From Chromera velia (Eukaryota), in contig JAHBMJ010000254.1 in NCBI GenBank assembly GCA_018398765.1, positions 1-52,251 of the forward strand: 52,251 nucleotides of DNA. The letters are read 5' to 3'. Under the pieces are notes generated by a model. That model searched no databases and had not been told where the DNA came from. It worked only from the letters and a program-made list of their open reading frames with translations. This document shows, one piece after another, positions 10,368 to 22,811 of this stretch; within the stretch, counting starts at the first letter, position 1; each line of letters starts with the position of its first letter. Position numbers and translations under genes: made by a program.

Positions 10368-11639
10368 CGTCTAGCTGCAGTGCAGGAGTGCGTGCAGGTC
10401 TGCTGCTGTCTCGGATCGACGCACCGTGTTGTTGTTGCTGCTGCTGCTGCATGGTATGCACATATGTACGCACAAACATCGATTCTCAAGCATAAAGGTG
10501 TCATGCAGTCTGCGCATGCGAAAGTGAAAGAGAGAGCAACATGCCAAAAGCTCTCTCGCAAAGACTTCTTTCTTGTTAGGATCTAAAATTCTGGCCGAAG
10601 TTAATTGTGTGAATTCGTTTGTGCGCATGGGCTTCCTTTATGCTCCTGCGACATGCCAGAGGCCACAAGCAAGCAAAAACGAAGAATGAAGAAGGCATGC
10701 GATGCCTCTGTGACAAAGGGAAGGAGCCAGGCAGATATATATCACAGCAGGGCAACAGTTGTTCACTTTATGTTCATGTACATTGGCCTTTATTCAAACA
10801 CAGATATATGGCGTCGCTTGAAAATAAAAGACACAGTACCTTCTGAGCGCTAGAGGTATGCAGACAGACCTTTCCCTGCCCACTTCACCAGAAAACCTTC
10901 CGCCACTCCCCCTGTTACTGGAGGTCCAAATTCAGTTTCGATTCGACGAAGGTCAGACACTTTGTGTGTCAGAACAATTCAAATCGGTACCAAGAAACGA
11001 CGGACTACGGACATGTATACCTTTCTGCCAACCTGCGACGGAAAGGTCAGGGGTAACGAAGACAAGCACACTGTCCCGACCATGCAAGAAACAAGTGTCT
11101 TCATGCATGAGGATTCTGCAGTGAGGATTCATGCAGGTGACATCTATTTCGCTGCAACAACAGTTCATGCAATTTTCGCATATTCATACAATTCGAGGAC
11201 CGCTTGCGGAACAGACGATGCCGGGGCCCAATATGGGCCCAATGCTAGGATTGCATGCGCGGCTCATGCATCTGCATGCATCTGACGCACGCAAGCGTGC
11301 GAACGGCCCCGGAAAGCATGTATAAAAGCCTTCATCTGACGCACGCACATGAAAGCACGCGCATCGGGGCACTTCAGGAATCGGTCGGCACTTAATTTTC
11401 CGGCCCAAGGGGACAGTTCTTTCCGGGGCCTTTTTTTTGACGAAAGCTCCATGCATCGTGGGCTCAGGGGATTGTTTGGTAAGTGCCCCCCGCTTCGCTT
11501 TCCGGGGCCATGCATAGTGGCCTTCCAGCCTAAAATTCCGGGGCCATTTGACTCTGACGGTCATGCTGTGTCACGCTAACTCTTGATGACTACTGTTAAT
11601 TCTAACAAAACATTTTGTTTGGTACCGCCATTTTTCTTT

Positions 11640-14170
11640 TTAGATTCCAACCCTTTTCCTGACAGTGTGCCTGATATCTCGTCTTCACTCAGGGCCTTGT
11701 CTCAGGCTTTCTGCTCATACCTGCCCAGATTCGTCTCTCAGTGAAGACGGCTCCTTAATTTCATCGCGGTTGAAAGAGGAATTAAGTAGAAGGGATAACC
11801 TCGAAGGACCCGCCCTGTGATAGAGTACACTTAGCGCTTTGTGTGCTCTTGGATCATGCGCACTTTGCATTTAATGAGCTTTCGGCCCTTGTTTCAGGCC
11901 GCGACGGATATGGGATCGGATGGCTCTGCCTTTTTTCTATGAAGAAGGGGAACATAAAGACTCCTCTTTATAAGCGTCTCGACCTCTCCTATTCTTCCCT
12001 CTCCCCTTTGAAACTGTTTCTGCTTCTTTTTCACTTCTTTCCCGTGTTGATCTATGACCTGAATCTGGGTTCCTCTTCCATCCATGGCGCGGCTTTTCCG
12101 CTCCTCCATCGTTTTCTGGAGAGCGTGTGTGCATAGAGGGGGGGGGGAGAAGACGTGCCACGCCTGAGCTTTGGAGAAAAGGCGATTAGGCCCTCACAGG
12201 CCCCAGCGCTCTTCCCGGCCTTGCCACCTTTCCTGAAGGCCCTGAGCTTTGAGGGGAATTCGCTGGGCACAGCGGATGTGCAAGCGCTGGCAGAGGCTGT
12301 AAGTGAGGGAATACTGGGGTCAGTCAAGACTCTGAACTTGACGGAGTCACGGTCCAACACTTCTCTTAATGATGAGAAGATCAAAATTCTCATTGCCGCA
12401 TTCACAGCTGTCAAGCCTGTCTGCATTGAGAAACTTTATCTCGGGAGGGGTGATTTTCAGAAAGAGAAGAAGTTTTCAAATCTCTTACGGAAGGAAACGT
12501 TTCCGTTTTTGCAGGAGCTTGGCTTTGTGTCCTGTACTCTGTCTTCGTTGAAACCGTTGTCAGTGTAGATGAATGCAGGGGAGTTGATCTTATTGGAGAC
12601 ACTCAATCTTGAGGGAGTCTTTTTGAGAGATCACTTATAACGGGGGTATGGCATATTGGAGTTTTCGGGGGCCCTGCGGTCGGCCATTCTTCTCAATTTG
12701 AGAAGTTTAAAAATGGGGAAAGACAACCGCCTAATATCTATTCGCCTTAGCGGGTGTGAAGCAGATGGTTTTGTTGCCGCGTTAGCTTTGAAAGACGCCC
12801 CTTCTCTCAAGACTGTGTCTTCGGTGATCCAGGTAATAGACTTAAATGTTGAAGAGACGATGCGAACTTTGGGGAGTAGAAAGCTACACTTTCTTAAGAG
12901 CCTCGACCTTGAGTTGAAAAACCAAGCGGGGCTTCTTTTTCTTGGTGAAGTGATGGGAGCGTCTGAGAAACCCCTTTGGGAGTCTCTGTGTCTCTCGTTG
13001 TAAGGCTCTGATGACGTGGAGGGGGGAGTTGATGCTGAGAGAGAAGTGCTCTCGGCACTGTCGGACGCTCTCCGTGAGGGACGGCTGAGTAGCCTTTGTT
13101 AGTTAGAGTTTCGAGAAGGCTTTGGAATGCCTGCGGAGGAGGGTATGTTAGAGGAGATGGAGGATGAAGGGGAGTGGTGAGGGGGGGAAGAGGCGGAAGA
13201 GGGAGAAGAGGGGGAAGGTGAGGGAGAGGAGGATTTTGTTGAAAATAATGATGAAGCAGCAGAGGGAGCCGGAGAGGAGAGAAGTAAGTTTTTTGAGGTT
13301 TTTTCTACTGTTCAACTGCCTAAGCTGACCCACTTGAGGGTGGGCCGTATGGGCCTTCAGGCTCAGGATCTTGCATGGTTGGGGGAAGCGGTGAAAAGGG
13401 GGAATTTTCCGTGTCTGGAGAGTCTGCAGTTGCCTCGCAATGAATTGGGGGGAGAGGGTAGGGAAGCCTTTTTTAAGGCTGTGTGAGAGCTATAGAGAGG
13501 GCTCCAGTGTCTTCAGGCTCTCGATTTGAGCTCCACGGGGGATTATTGAGAGTGGGGCTTTGCCCTTGAGGATGCATTTTGTTCAAAAAAGATACCCGCC
13601 TTAAGATATCTCCTCCTTGCAAAGTACAGTTTGACGGATCTGCACATGGAATCACTGGATGAGGTGGTCAGGGGTGGGCACCTATCGAAGCTTGAGTATC
13701 TGGATCTATTATCAAATGAATTTAGTGCCGAGAGTGTGAAAGCCTTCTGTGAGGCCGTTTCTGAAAGAGGCCTGCCAGCGCTCAAAAATCTTAAATTTTC
13801 TCACACACCTTTTATTGCAGGGGGGGTAGAGTCTCTTGTAGAGGCATTATGGAATAGAAAGCTACAAAGATTGAAAAGACTGTTAATAAATGACTATGGT
13901 GTGCGTGATGAGAGCTTTTGCCTTCTTGGTGAGGCTTTCTGTGTGAATTCGATGCCGACCCTGACATCGCTTGACCTGTCGGGAAATTGGCTCACAGACA
14001 GGGGGCTCGAAGGGTTTCTGGGAGCCCTCACTCCGCAGTCTCTTCCAAATTTGGGGATTCTGAATATCACTTGTAATTTTTTTTTGAATTATGTGAACGC
14101 GAGGAGCCTGTTCGAAGCCGCACAGAGTCAAGGAAAACTCCTGTCTTTACCCCAAAATTTAAGGGTTTAG
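11640..14170 (+). pseudogene. Degenerate intronless leucine-rich-repeat (RI-like LRR) gene
   Basis: Collinear LRR fragments (FLKALSFEGNSLG, VKTLNLTES, LEYLDLLSNEF, LTSLDLSGNWLTDRG, LGILNITCN) in ORFs 12155-12568, 12656-13003 and 13631-14170. They are separated by in-frame stops and frameshifts, with no microsatellite-type introns. The 5' boundary is approximate. Confidence 0.75.
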
Positions 14171-14725
14171 GAGATATTGAGAATCACATGAGTCCATACT
14201 GCGGACCATGCATGCCTAGATGTATGCAGAAATGGTTTGGAGATCTAAAAATATCTTTAAAGTTCTTGGGGGGTACGTATATTGGTACGTACGAAAAAAC
14301 TAAAAGCGCAAAAAAGTTCTGACTTGCGCTATTGTCAGTGGTCTTAGTCTAGATTTTAGCATAGATGTAGACCATCTTATGTGAAATTCAACTTAGATCA
14401 CTAAACTTATTTCAGACTTATTTATGATTCACGATGATCAACTAAGGGGCCAGTGCCGCCAGTCTATAATTCTCTAAGTAATTCCGTAGGTAATTCCATA
14501 CTATTTTCACGTGACTATAAATTAAAAGTCGTGATAAAATTCTGTAAATGTCCCTGGGACCCTGACCATGATATCACAGCATGCGAGTGATCGATCATGA
14601 TGCGACAACAAAAATTATATACAAAAAGTTACGTACATATCTTGTATTGTTGTTAGCATTGTTTATATCATTGAGATGCATCATTTCAAATAATATATAG
14701 GTTTGATACCATTGTCATACCAAAC

Positions 14726-17700
14726 CTACTGGTGAACGAGTCTTGATACATGGTACGGCATCGCAGACGTTCCTGTGGCTGCCTGAAGAGTCCCCAGCCC
14801 CCACGATCTCTCGAACGCTCTATTTGGGCCCAGAGTCTCACATTTAACCCTTGAATGCCCTGAAGCGATCGGAGCCGTACCGTGCCGAGCTAAGATTCTG
14901 GCAGCCCCTGAGAGCGGAGGGTTCTCTACACCCTGACTGAAAGGCGGAACGTCCGCATGGGACCTTAGAGAGGCCCCCACCAGCCCCGGTGTTTGGGATC
15001 CCCTTGAGAGAGGTGGCATGGGGGCAACAACCATCCCAAAGTCGCCCCTCGACTTTCGACTCTGTCTCTGTGGTCTTCCCCCTCTACCCCTCTCTCTGTT
15101 CACATCCAATATTTCATGATTGGGAATATCTCTGTCGAGTCCCTTGCAGAAGAAGGTCCCTTCGAGGCCGTCTTCCTGGAGACGGAGACGGGAAAGCGGA
15201 AACTTAGAAGAGGAAGAAGACGACGGCATTCCTTCTCCCTCTCTGCCTCCTCCTGGCTCTTCAGGCAGAGGGAACGCGGTCTGAGATGGAATTTCGACCT
15301 GATTGTAGAACAACGGGACTCTTCTGCCCTCTTCTTGATCAAAGAAAATTTGATCAGCAGCATCTGAATTTTCTTCTCCACCCTGATGATCGTGAGACCA
15401 CCAGTCAGGGGGGACCTCTCGGAATTCCGCATTTCTGGACCGAACTTTTGGCCCGAATAATTCGTCTCTTTCTTCTCCTTCTTTCTCCCTTCTCTTTCCC
15501 TTTCCTTTCGCTCTTTCTCTAGACACAGCAGCCTCGTCCTGCCCCTCCAAGTCTTCGTCATCATGCCACCAGTCGACATACGACAAACCCTCCCCCGTCT
15601 CTCCCTTTGTCTGTATCTGCCGACGCCCCCTCTTCTTCTCTTTCTCCTCCTGTCTAGACCTAGGAGACAAAAGGTTTATCGGCCTAGCACCCCTCAACTC
15701 ATCCTCTTCCTCCAAAGAAAACCCATTCTCCTCTCCCAACTGACCCCCCACCCCAATGCTCCCCTTTTGGATTTCAGGGGAGCTCATCGCACTGTCCCCC
15801 CCCTTCTGTGAATCTTGGAATGCTTTTGTCCCCCCTTCTCTGTCCTCCTGCTCCTCCAAATCCTCAGGCAGCCTCCCCTTGGCAACATGGAGAATTCGGA
15901 AGGTCCTCTCTACCGCCTTTGCATACTTCTCCTTCTCCGCTTCCTTCCTGCTGCTTCTCCTACGGGGATCCAAAATCGATCCCCCACGCACAGACCCAGA
16001 AACAGACATTGCACCGCTCCCCTTCCGACCCCCCACAGGACCACCAGCCGCTCCACTGAGGACGTCTACTGTCTGGAACGCCTTGTCGCCACCGGCCTGT
16101 GACAGGGGCCGGCCGTCTAGCGTCTCTGAGAACACCTCCCCTCCCCCCCNNNNNNNNNNNNNNNNNCCAATATTAATAGAAGCCCTCCCTATCCCATACA
16201 GAGACCCACCGTCCCCAACCGTATCCTCATCTCCCCCCATGGCCGCATGGGCCCCCCTGCTGTGTCCCCCAAAGTTCCCCCTCCCCTCCGCGTACTCGTA
16301 GACTTCCCCCGTGTCGGAGTCCTCCTGAGGGAGGTGGGGGGCCTGCCTGAAACAGCCCTGAGAGAACCAGGAAGCCACGTCGGGGCCCTTCCCGTCGTGT
16401 CTCTTCGGCCCGGCGTTGGTCTGTTCTTCCAGTGTTCGGACGAGGGGGTCTCGACGGAAACGGGTGACTGCATCGTCAAAGGACAGGTTGGCGGTGGAAG
16501 GGAAAGAAGGGGGCCCTGTGGGGGGGGCACGAGGAAGGGCATTTGTTCCGTCAGCTGTGTTTGAGGAGGGGGGTTGTTTCTTTTTCTTTTTCTTTCTTTT
16601 CTTTTCTTGAGGGGAAGCGACGGCATCCCCTCCTTCTTCTTCTTCTTCTGGGGACATTTTGTTTTTGTTTTTCTTGTTTTTGGTTCTTTTCTTCTTTTTC
16701 TTTCTCGTCTTGGCGGAAGAAGGGTCTTCCTCACCGGCCAAGTTGCCTGTTCCCTCTCCTGTGCCAACGCTTGATTTTCTTCGACGCCCCTCGTTTCCTT
16801 CCCCCATTGCTCCTTCCTCTCCTTCTCCTTCTTCCTCTTCAATCTGCTCTTCCCAAATGTTGAACATGGAGGCACGGGCTGAAGGGGAAGCCTTCAATTT
16901 GCCTTCTCTTATTCCCTTCAAACCACTACCCATCCCTTCTCCCTCTTCCTCATTGTGGCGCTTGTGCTTTCGACCCCTCTCTCCAATCCCCGTTCCCTCT
17001 TCTTCTTCTTCTTCTTCATCTTCTGACTCTGTTGACCCTTCCTCTCCATCCTCCTCACCTTCTTCATCCTCCTCCTCCTCATCTTCATCTTCGTCCTCTT
17101 CTGAAGAATGTAACTGAGAGTCAGAGGAGCGGGACTCTTCCCCTTCTCTGTCCGTCTCTCTGTCCGTGTCTGTGCCCGGTCCCCCCCCTCTCTTCCCTCT
17201 TCTCGTCTGCGTGTTCATCTCTGTCAACGGCCCCTCAACAGTCATGCCGGAGAGAAGGTCAGTGAACCTGCACGCACGCACGGTTTGCAAAGGCTTGCCT
17301 TTGTTTCATAAGCGTGCTTATAGAAGCAAACCAGACAGCTACGCACAGGTGCACAAACATTACGTCGAGTCGCAAAGGAAAGTCAAGAGCGCTTGAGAGA
17401 TGGCGTCGGGGGAGACAGCAAAACTCTCTGCATGTCCCCCCCTCATCTTCAATTGTGTGATGGGGGACGGATGGATCGATAGAGAGTGGACGCAGGCATG
17501 AATGGATAGATGGATGGATGGATGTGCTGAGAGGAAAAAAGAACTGTTGGAGAAGATCGATGGATTAAGAAGAAAAAACAAAGTTACTATGTATCTCAAG
17601 TAGGTCCTCTGGATGTCCTTTGCAAACACAGGGACGCAGAAAGAAAGAGGCAGCACCGTCAATGGATGGATGGATCCCTCCACAAAATACAATAGAAGGG

Positions 17701-18740
17701 AAAGAAGAAAAAGAAAGAGACAGCGAGAGAGACAAAGTGCCCGCGAGAGAAAGAGAGAGGGAGCATCGAGGGAGGAGGAAAAGTGGGTGAGTGAGTGAGT
17801 GACCTCTGTATGCCTATCCATGTCATGTCATGTTTCTCTCTCTCTCTCTCTCTATGGGCACAGGACAGACCGACCGAAGGAAAGAAGGAGGCGAGAAAGG
17901 AAGGAAGGAAGGAAGGAAGGAAGGGGGGACAGACAATTCAATCAAAAGAACCATAGCAGCAGCAAGAGCACATGAAAGGAAAGATGAGTGAGTGAGTGAG
18001 TGAGTGAGTGAAAGCCCACAGACAGACAGACCTGTCGGGATTTTGCCATCCCCTCCTGTCTCGGTAGTGTGCGAGTTCCTTCACTTTCCAGAGAAGAGTT
18101 GGCTTTTCTGCACCCACACATGAAAAGGAAGACTTTCGTATGAGTGCTTATGCGACGACGACTGTACATACACACATGAGCAGCATTTTCAATTACGCAG
18201 AGTTCTGCATTTCGGAGTGAAATTTTTCCGTGCGAGCAGATCGATTCCTTTCAAAACCTTCCATCCATCCATCCATCCATCCATCCATCCATCCATCCAT
18301 CAATCAATTCACACTGTGCGCATTCTTTTCGTGACTGCAGTACTGTGTATCTATTCTTCTCTCAATGCTCTTCTCGCTGCTTCTTGTGTTTGTCTGTCTC
18401 ACCTGTCCAAAGACACGACCACGCAAGAGGGATTCTATTGGGAGGTAGAATCATAAGGGACGGACCGCGCAGATCCTTCCTTTTGTGTCTGCATGTGCGT
18501 GGTTGTGTGGTGTATTGTGTTGAGGAGGCCAGACTGACCACTGCGTTCCTTGTCGCGAATCCTCGCCATGACTGCCTTGCTCTCCTCTTCCCTCTGCATC
18601 TGCTCCCTCCCTCTCCTTTTCTGTGCCTTCACCATCGCACTGGTGATCATCTGGATCTTCTGGTTCTTGTCCTCAACCGCCGCACGGAGAACCGCCAGAC
18701 GCTTCCGCCTCCTCCGAATCTCCTGAGCCCCAAACTGCAC

Positions 18741-18771
<31 letters not shown>

Positions 18772-21700
18772 CATGCAGAGAGGGATCAAGGGAACATTTC
18801 ATCATCCTGTTTGTGTAATTTGTGGACGTCTCACGGAGTGTCTTCGATGAGAAAGAAGAAAATGGAAGTCTCTCTTTCTGTCTGGATGTCTGTCTGTCTG
18901 TCTGTCTACCTGTCAGTCTATTTGTCTGTCTGCAATTCTGCATGTCTGCCTGCCTGCCTGCCTGCCTGCCTGCCTTGCAGACCGACCCTGAGGTCCTTGT
19001 CGAGGTTCAGGTCCGAGTCCATCACTTGGGCGTTTAGCTCGGCCACTGTCCGGTCTCTCTCGCGTTTTAACTGCATGCACAAGCACTCATACGGATAGAG
19101 GGGAGGATGAAAGGGGAGTGAGTCGAATACATGTGCGCCCGATTCGAAACGATGAAGTCGAAAGCTTCGATCATCTCTGTGGGTGCAGAAAGAAAAATGC
19201 ATTCATTTCATACATACATATGTACATTCTGTATGAAATGCGATCTGTACGTACAGTATGAAAATGAATGCATGCGATTCTCTCTGTGGCGGCAGAAAGG
19301 GAAAGAAAAGATCAAAGAGAACAATCACAAAGCACTGCAAAACAACACGAAGACATATGAATATGTGTTCATCTTTTGAGGGTCAGAGGGTGCACCGATC
19401 TTCTAAACCCCATTTTTATCCGTTCACTACAGACGAGAGCAAAAACGATGAGCGACAGAGGCAAGCTTTCTAGGTTCTGATAAGATGTCTTTCTCCGCTT
19501 GATTTTCAGGTCAACGCACATAGGAAATAATCAGAAACAAAAACGAAAGACACAGACAAAGCGACCAACAGAGCTTGAGAGCTTTGTTGAGGAGTTCTGT
19601 GATTTCCATTGCCACATTTGTTTTCTTATCATTTATGTATAAAAAAATTGGCAAATGTATAAGATAAATGCATGCAGAAACCAACAGACCTTGAGAGCTT
19701 TGTTGAGGAGTTCTGTGATTTGCATTGCCACATTGCTGTCTCGAGGGAGCTGTTCGAGCATGGCTGGAAAATCGGGTCGTTGCTGCTGTGTGGCATCGTA
19801 CAACACCTCCAACTCTCTCTTCAGTTTGTCGTGCTCAGGGGCGTTCCAGTCTCTCTTCATCTTATGCACCGCCTTCGCTATCTGTTGCTGGTCTACCGTC
19901 TCCTTGATGCTTGCCTTGATTAACTCTGCAAGCACTGCAGCCCTCTCCGTTCTACCTACTAGGTCCAAATAAAATCGTGCCAGCGCCTTTTGGGTATCTT
20001 CCAGACTTTTGTTCACACTGCTCATGGAAGCAGCCTCCTGCGCTGCCTTCAATCGAGCCAGCCTCCCATCCTCCTCTTCCTCTTCTTCCTTCCTTACTTT
20101 CTCTTGGTTGAAAAACCCCGCCCGCTCTCTCTGACGAGGAGGCTGTAGTTCTTTTCTTATCGCCTCAAGCTGCCTCGCATGACATCTACGCATCTCAGAA
20201 GGGGGGGGAGGGATCACCGGGGCTTGAGGGAATGGACAGCTTGCAATCTCATCAAGAACCTCAGTCATGTCTGCTCCCACCCCCGCCCCCCCCTTCTCCC
20301 TTTTTCCTCCCGTCTCCCCGTCTCCTCCCAACACACCCCGGCCCTCCTGCGCCTCTGCATCTCGTGACATCTCTCGAAATGCGCGCGCACCCCCAGCACC
20401 CGTCAAACAAAACGCCTTTCTATCCACCCTTCTCTGATCTGCCATTTTCCTCTCCTCTCGTCTCCTCAATGCCCCCCCCTGCCCTTTCCCCTCCCCCCCC
20501 GCGTCCCACAAATCCTCTACATCAGGCTGAGGCCTAGCAGGGGAGCCCTTCACCTGCTGCCCTTGCAGTGTCACCTGAACTAAACAAATGCCCGGCAACG
20601 CTTCAGGTCTCACTCTGTACTGCACGGCATACCTCCCATCTCTCATATCGGCCACACGCAACACCTCTGCAGCCCCCAGACCTCTGGCAACAAATGGATC
20701 CCCTCCAGATTCTTTTTTGTTTCCAAACAGGTCTACGGCCTGGACGACCAACTCATTCGGCAGACCCGCCACAGAAAATGTGTGGGCGCCCTGACCGAAC
20801 ACGAAGGAAAGAGAAGGAGACGCAGGACCTGTCTTGACAACAACAGCAATGGGAGAACCTTTCACTTCTCTGCCGCCAGTCCTACTCTCTTTCTCTCCCT
20901 CTCCCTGGCCCCCACTCTCTCCATCCGACATCCCCACGGAGCTCTCAACCAACAGCCCGGTGCTCTCTTCCTTCCCTGCCAGAAAGTGAAGGAAGAAAAA
21001 ACCGGGTTTCGTGCCCAGAAAAGTCGCTGCGTAGGAACCATTGCACAAATCTTTTACTTTTCCAACAAAGTAATTTTCTTCTTCTTCTTCCTCTTCCTCC
21101 TCTGTTCCACTCTGCTGCCCTTCCTTCTCCTTCTGCTGGCGTCCCCCCCTCTTCTGGCTATTCAGCCTCTCCCCGAAATTCTCCCCCCGTCTCTCACACC
21201 GCGTCTCCAACGAGACGCCGCCCTCCGTCATCATCTCCCCATTCGCATCCACAGCCACGACCTTGAGGGGCAGAGCCTCACCGGCAGACACGCAAAGGGC
21301 CTCCGTGCTCGTGCCGTCCGGCCGTCTGACCTGCAGTGGAATGAATGATCGTGGAGACGTGAGGGTGTCAGTGTGAGTGTTGTGTTTTTGTTTCCCCATA
21401 CATACGCAGGACTTTACTTCTCCGACCCCTCAACGCACCCTCTCATCCAGCTGTGCCTATTTAAATTAACCCACCGTTGTCTTTGGGAATGAGTCCGGAG
21501 AGAGCAGGAAGGACAGGGAGGGAGCAAACGAAGCAGAGAGCACCCTGTGTCCCGTCTCTAGATCCCGAGGGAAGTGAGTGCTTTGCCTTTGTTGGCCTTG
21601 GGAAGAAAGGGACTGTCTACCTGCACCTGTAGCTCTTTCTCCTGCCCACATAGAAGGCCTCTGTCCCTGCTGTCCTTCCGCCTCCATGAGAGAAGAAGAA

Positions 21701-21954
21701 GAATGCCTTCGGGGGGCTGTTGCGCCTTCTTCCCCCCCCCTCCACCCTTCTCCTTCATTCTCTATCTGTGTCTGAGGGGGATAGCCTTGTTCTTCCTGTT
21801 CTTCTTGACCCAGCCTCGCTGCAGAGGAAGAAGATGGGTCCTCTCCTTCTCCCTGCGTTGCGCCTTTCTCCCTCCCTCTCTCCTGGTCTCTCCGATTGCG
21901 CAGCCATTGCCGTCTGTCTGCCTGCTCTCCACTTTGCCCTCTTGATTGACTCAT
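14726..21954 (-). CDS. Large protein (about 1650 aa) with two filamin/ABP280-type Ig repeats, coiled coil and long acidic/basic low-complexity C-terminus
   Basis: Phase-compatible exons 21954-21544, 21330-19690, 19070-18987, 18734-18539, 18107-18032, 17267-14726. Filamin motifs: VVAVDANGE...[12 protein letters not shown]...KGSP and [18 protein letters not shown]...[11 protein letters not shown]...KGSP. An N-gap lies in the last exon, and small extra exons are possible. Confidence 0.75.
16150..16166. other. Assembly gap (N run) inside a coding exon
   Basis: 17 n characters. Confidence 0.99.
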
Positions 21955-22811
21955 GCTCTTGTCTTCCTCTCCCGTCTACGCACGGTTCTCAGTCTGATGC
22001 TTCTTCTTGGAAGGGCCCACACAACAACGGCAGGAGGAGATGTCCCGACAAAGCCAAGAGCACATGGCGACTGCAGGCGGGGAAAAGACACCCAGTCAGC
22101 GGTCAAGATCTCCTTCTGACAGAAAGCTAGAGCCTTTTCGGGACGTGTCGGGACAGCATGCAGAGGAAAAGCAGTGCAACTGCATGTTGTTTGTGCGATA
22201 CACTGAGTGTTGTTCAGACTGTCTAAGACGATGGGTGCATGTCCTCGTGTAGCTTTGCCACGGGACTCAATCTTCCACCAGGCTCTATAGAACAAGAGCA
22301 TTTCTTCCTTATAATTGTGCGGTTCGTGGCATTCATTATATTAATATATATCTCGTATACACATGTACGTTTCGATCGTTTCTTTGATATTTATCTGATA
22401 TAAATTCGTATTGCAACACATATGGCAGCATCACTGCATCCGCTCGCACATGCAATTAAGCGACATCGCGACATATGTTGTTGCAAGCGCGCGTGCATGC
22501 GCGCGCACGCATTTCCCCTGACCACAAAAATCGTGACAAAATTTGGTTTTTGCGCCCTGCAAGGAAGCCATGAGAACTCCATAGAACTCCGAACTTTGGA
22601 ATCCTGTATACAATTTGGTAGAAGGTGTCATCTCGACTGCAGCAGATGGATGGCAGTGTTTTTCCGCTGTTTGCACGCAAACTGCTGCGCTCCAGTGAGT
22701 GGGCAAAAGTGAGACAAAGTAATCCGTTTTCAAATCAACTTACTTGTATAGTCAATTCGAAGCTGAAGAGTCGCAAGAATTCCTTCCCACTGAGTGAGCG
22801 AGCAAGGGAGG
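21955..22811. promoter_or_regulatory. Putative bidirectional promoter between filamin-repeat gene and TBC gene
   Basis: About 860-bp head-to-head spacer. Contains a TA-rich box (~22335-22351) and the near-palindrome gcgcgcgtgcatgcgcgcgc (22487-22506). Confidence 0.45.

Noticed and set aside
14989..17265. Numerous + strand ORFs opposite the large minus-strand exons (likewise antisense ORFs over the WSC exons)
   Set aside because: Shadow ORFs of GC-rich, low-complexity coding sequence.
17360..17640. Possible additional small exons of the filamin-repeat gene
   Set aside because: Phases could not be reconciled, and 18032 splices in frame directly to 17267. Cannot be excluded without RNA data.
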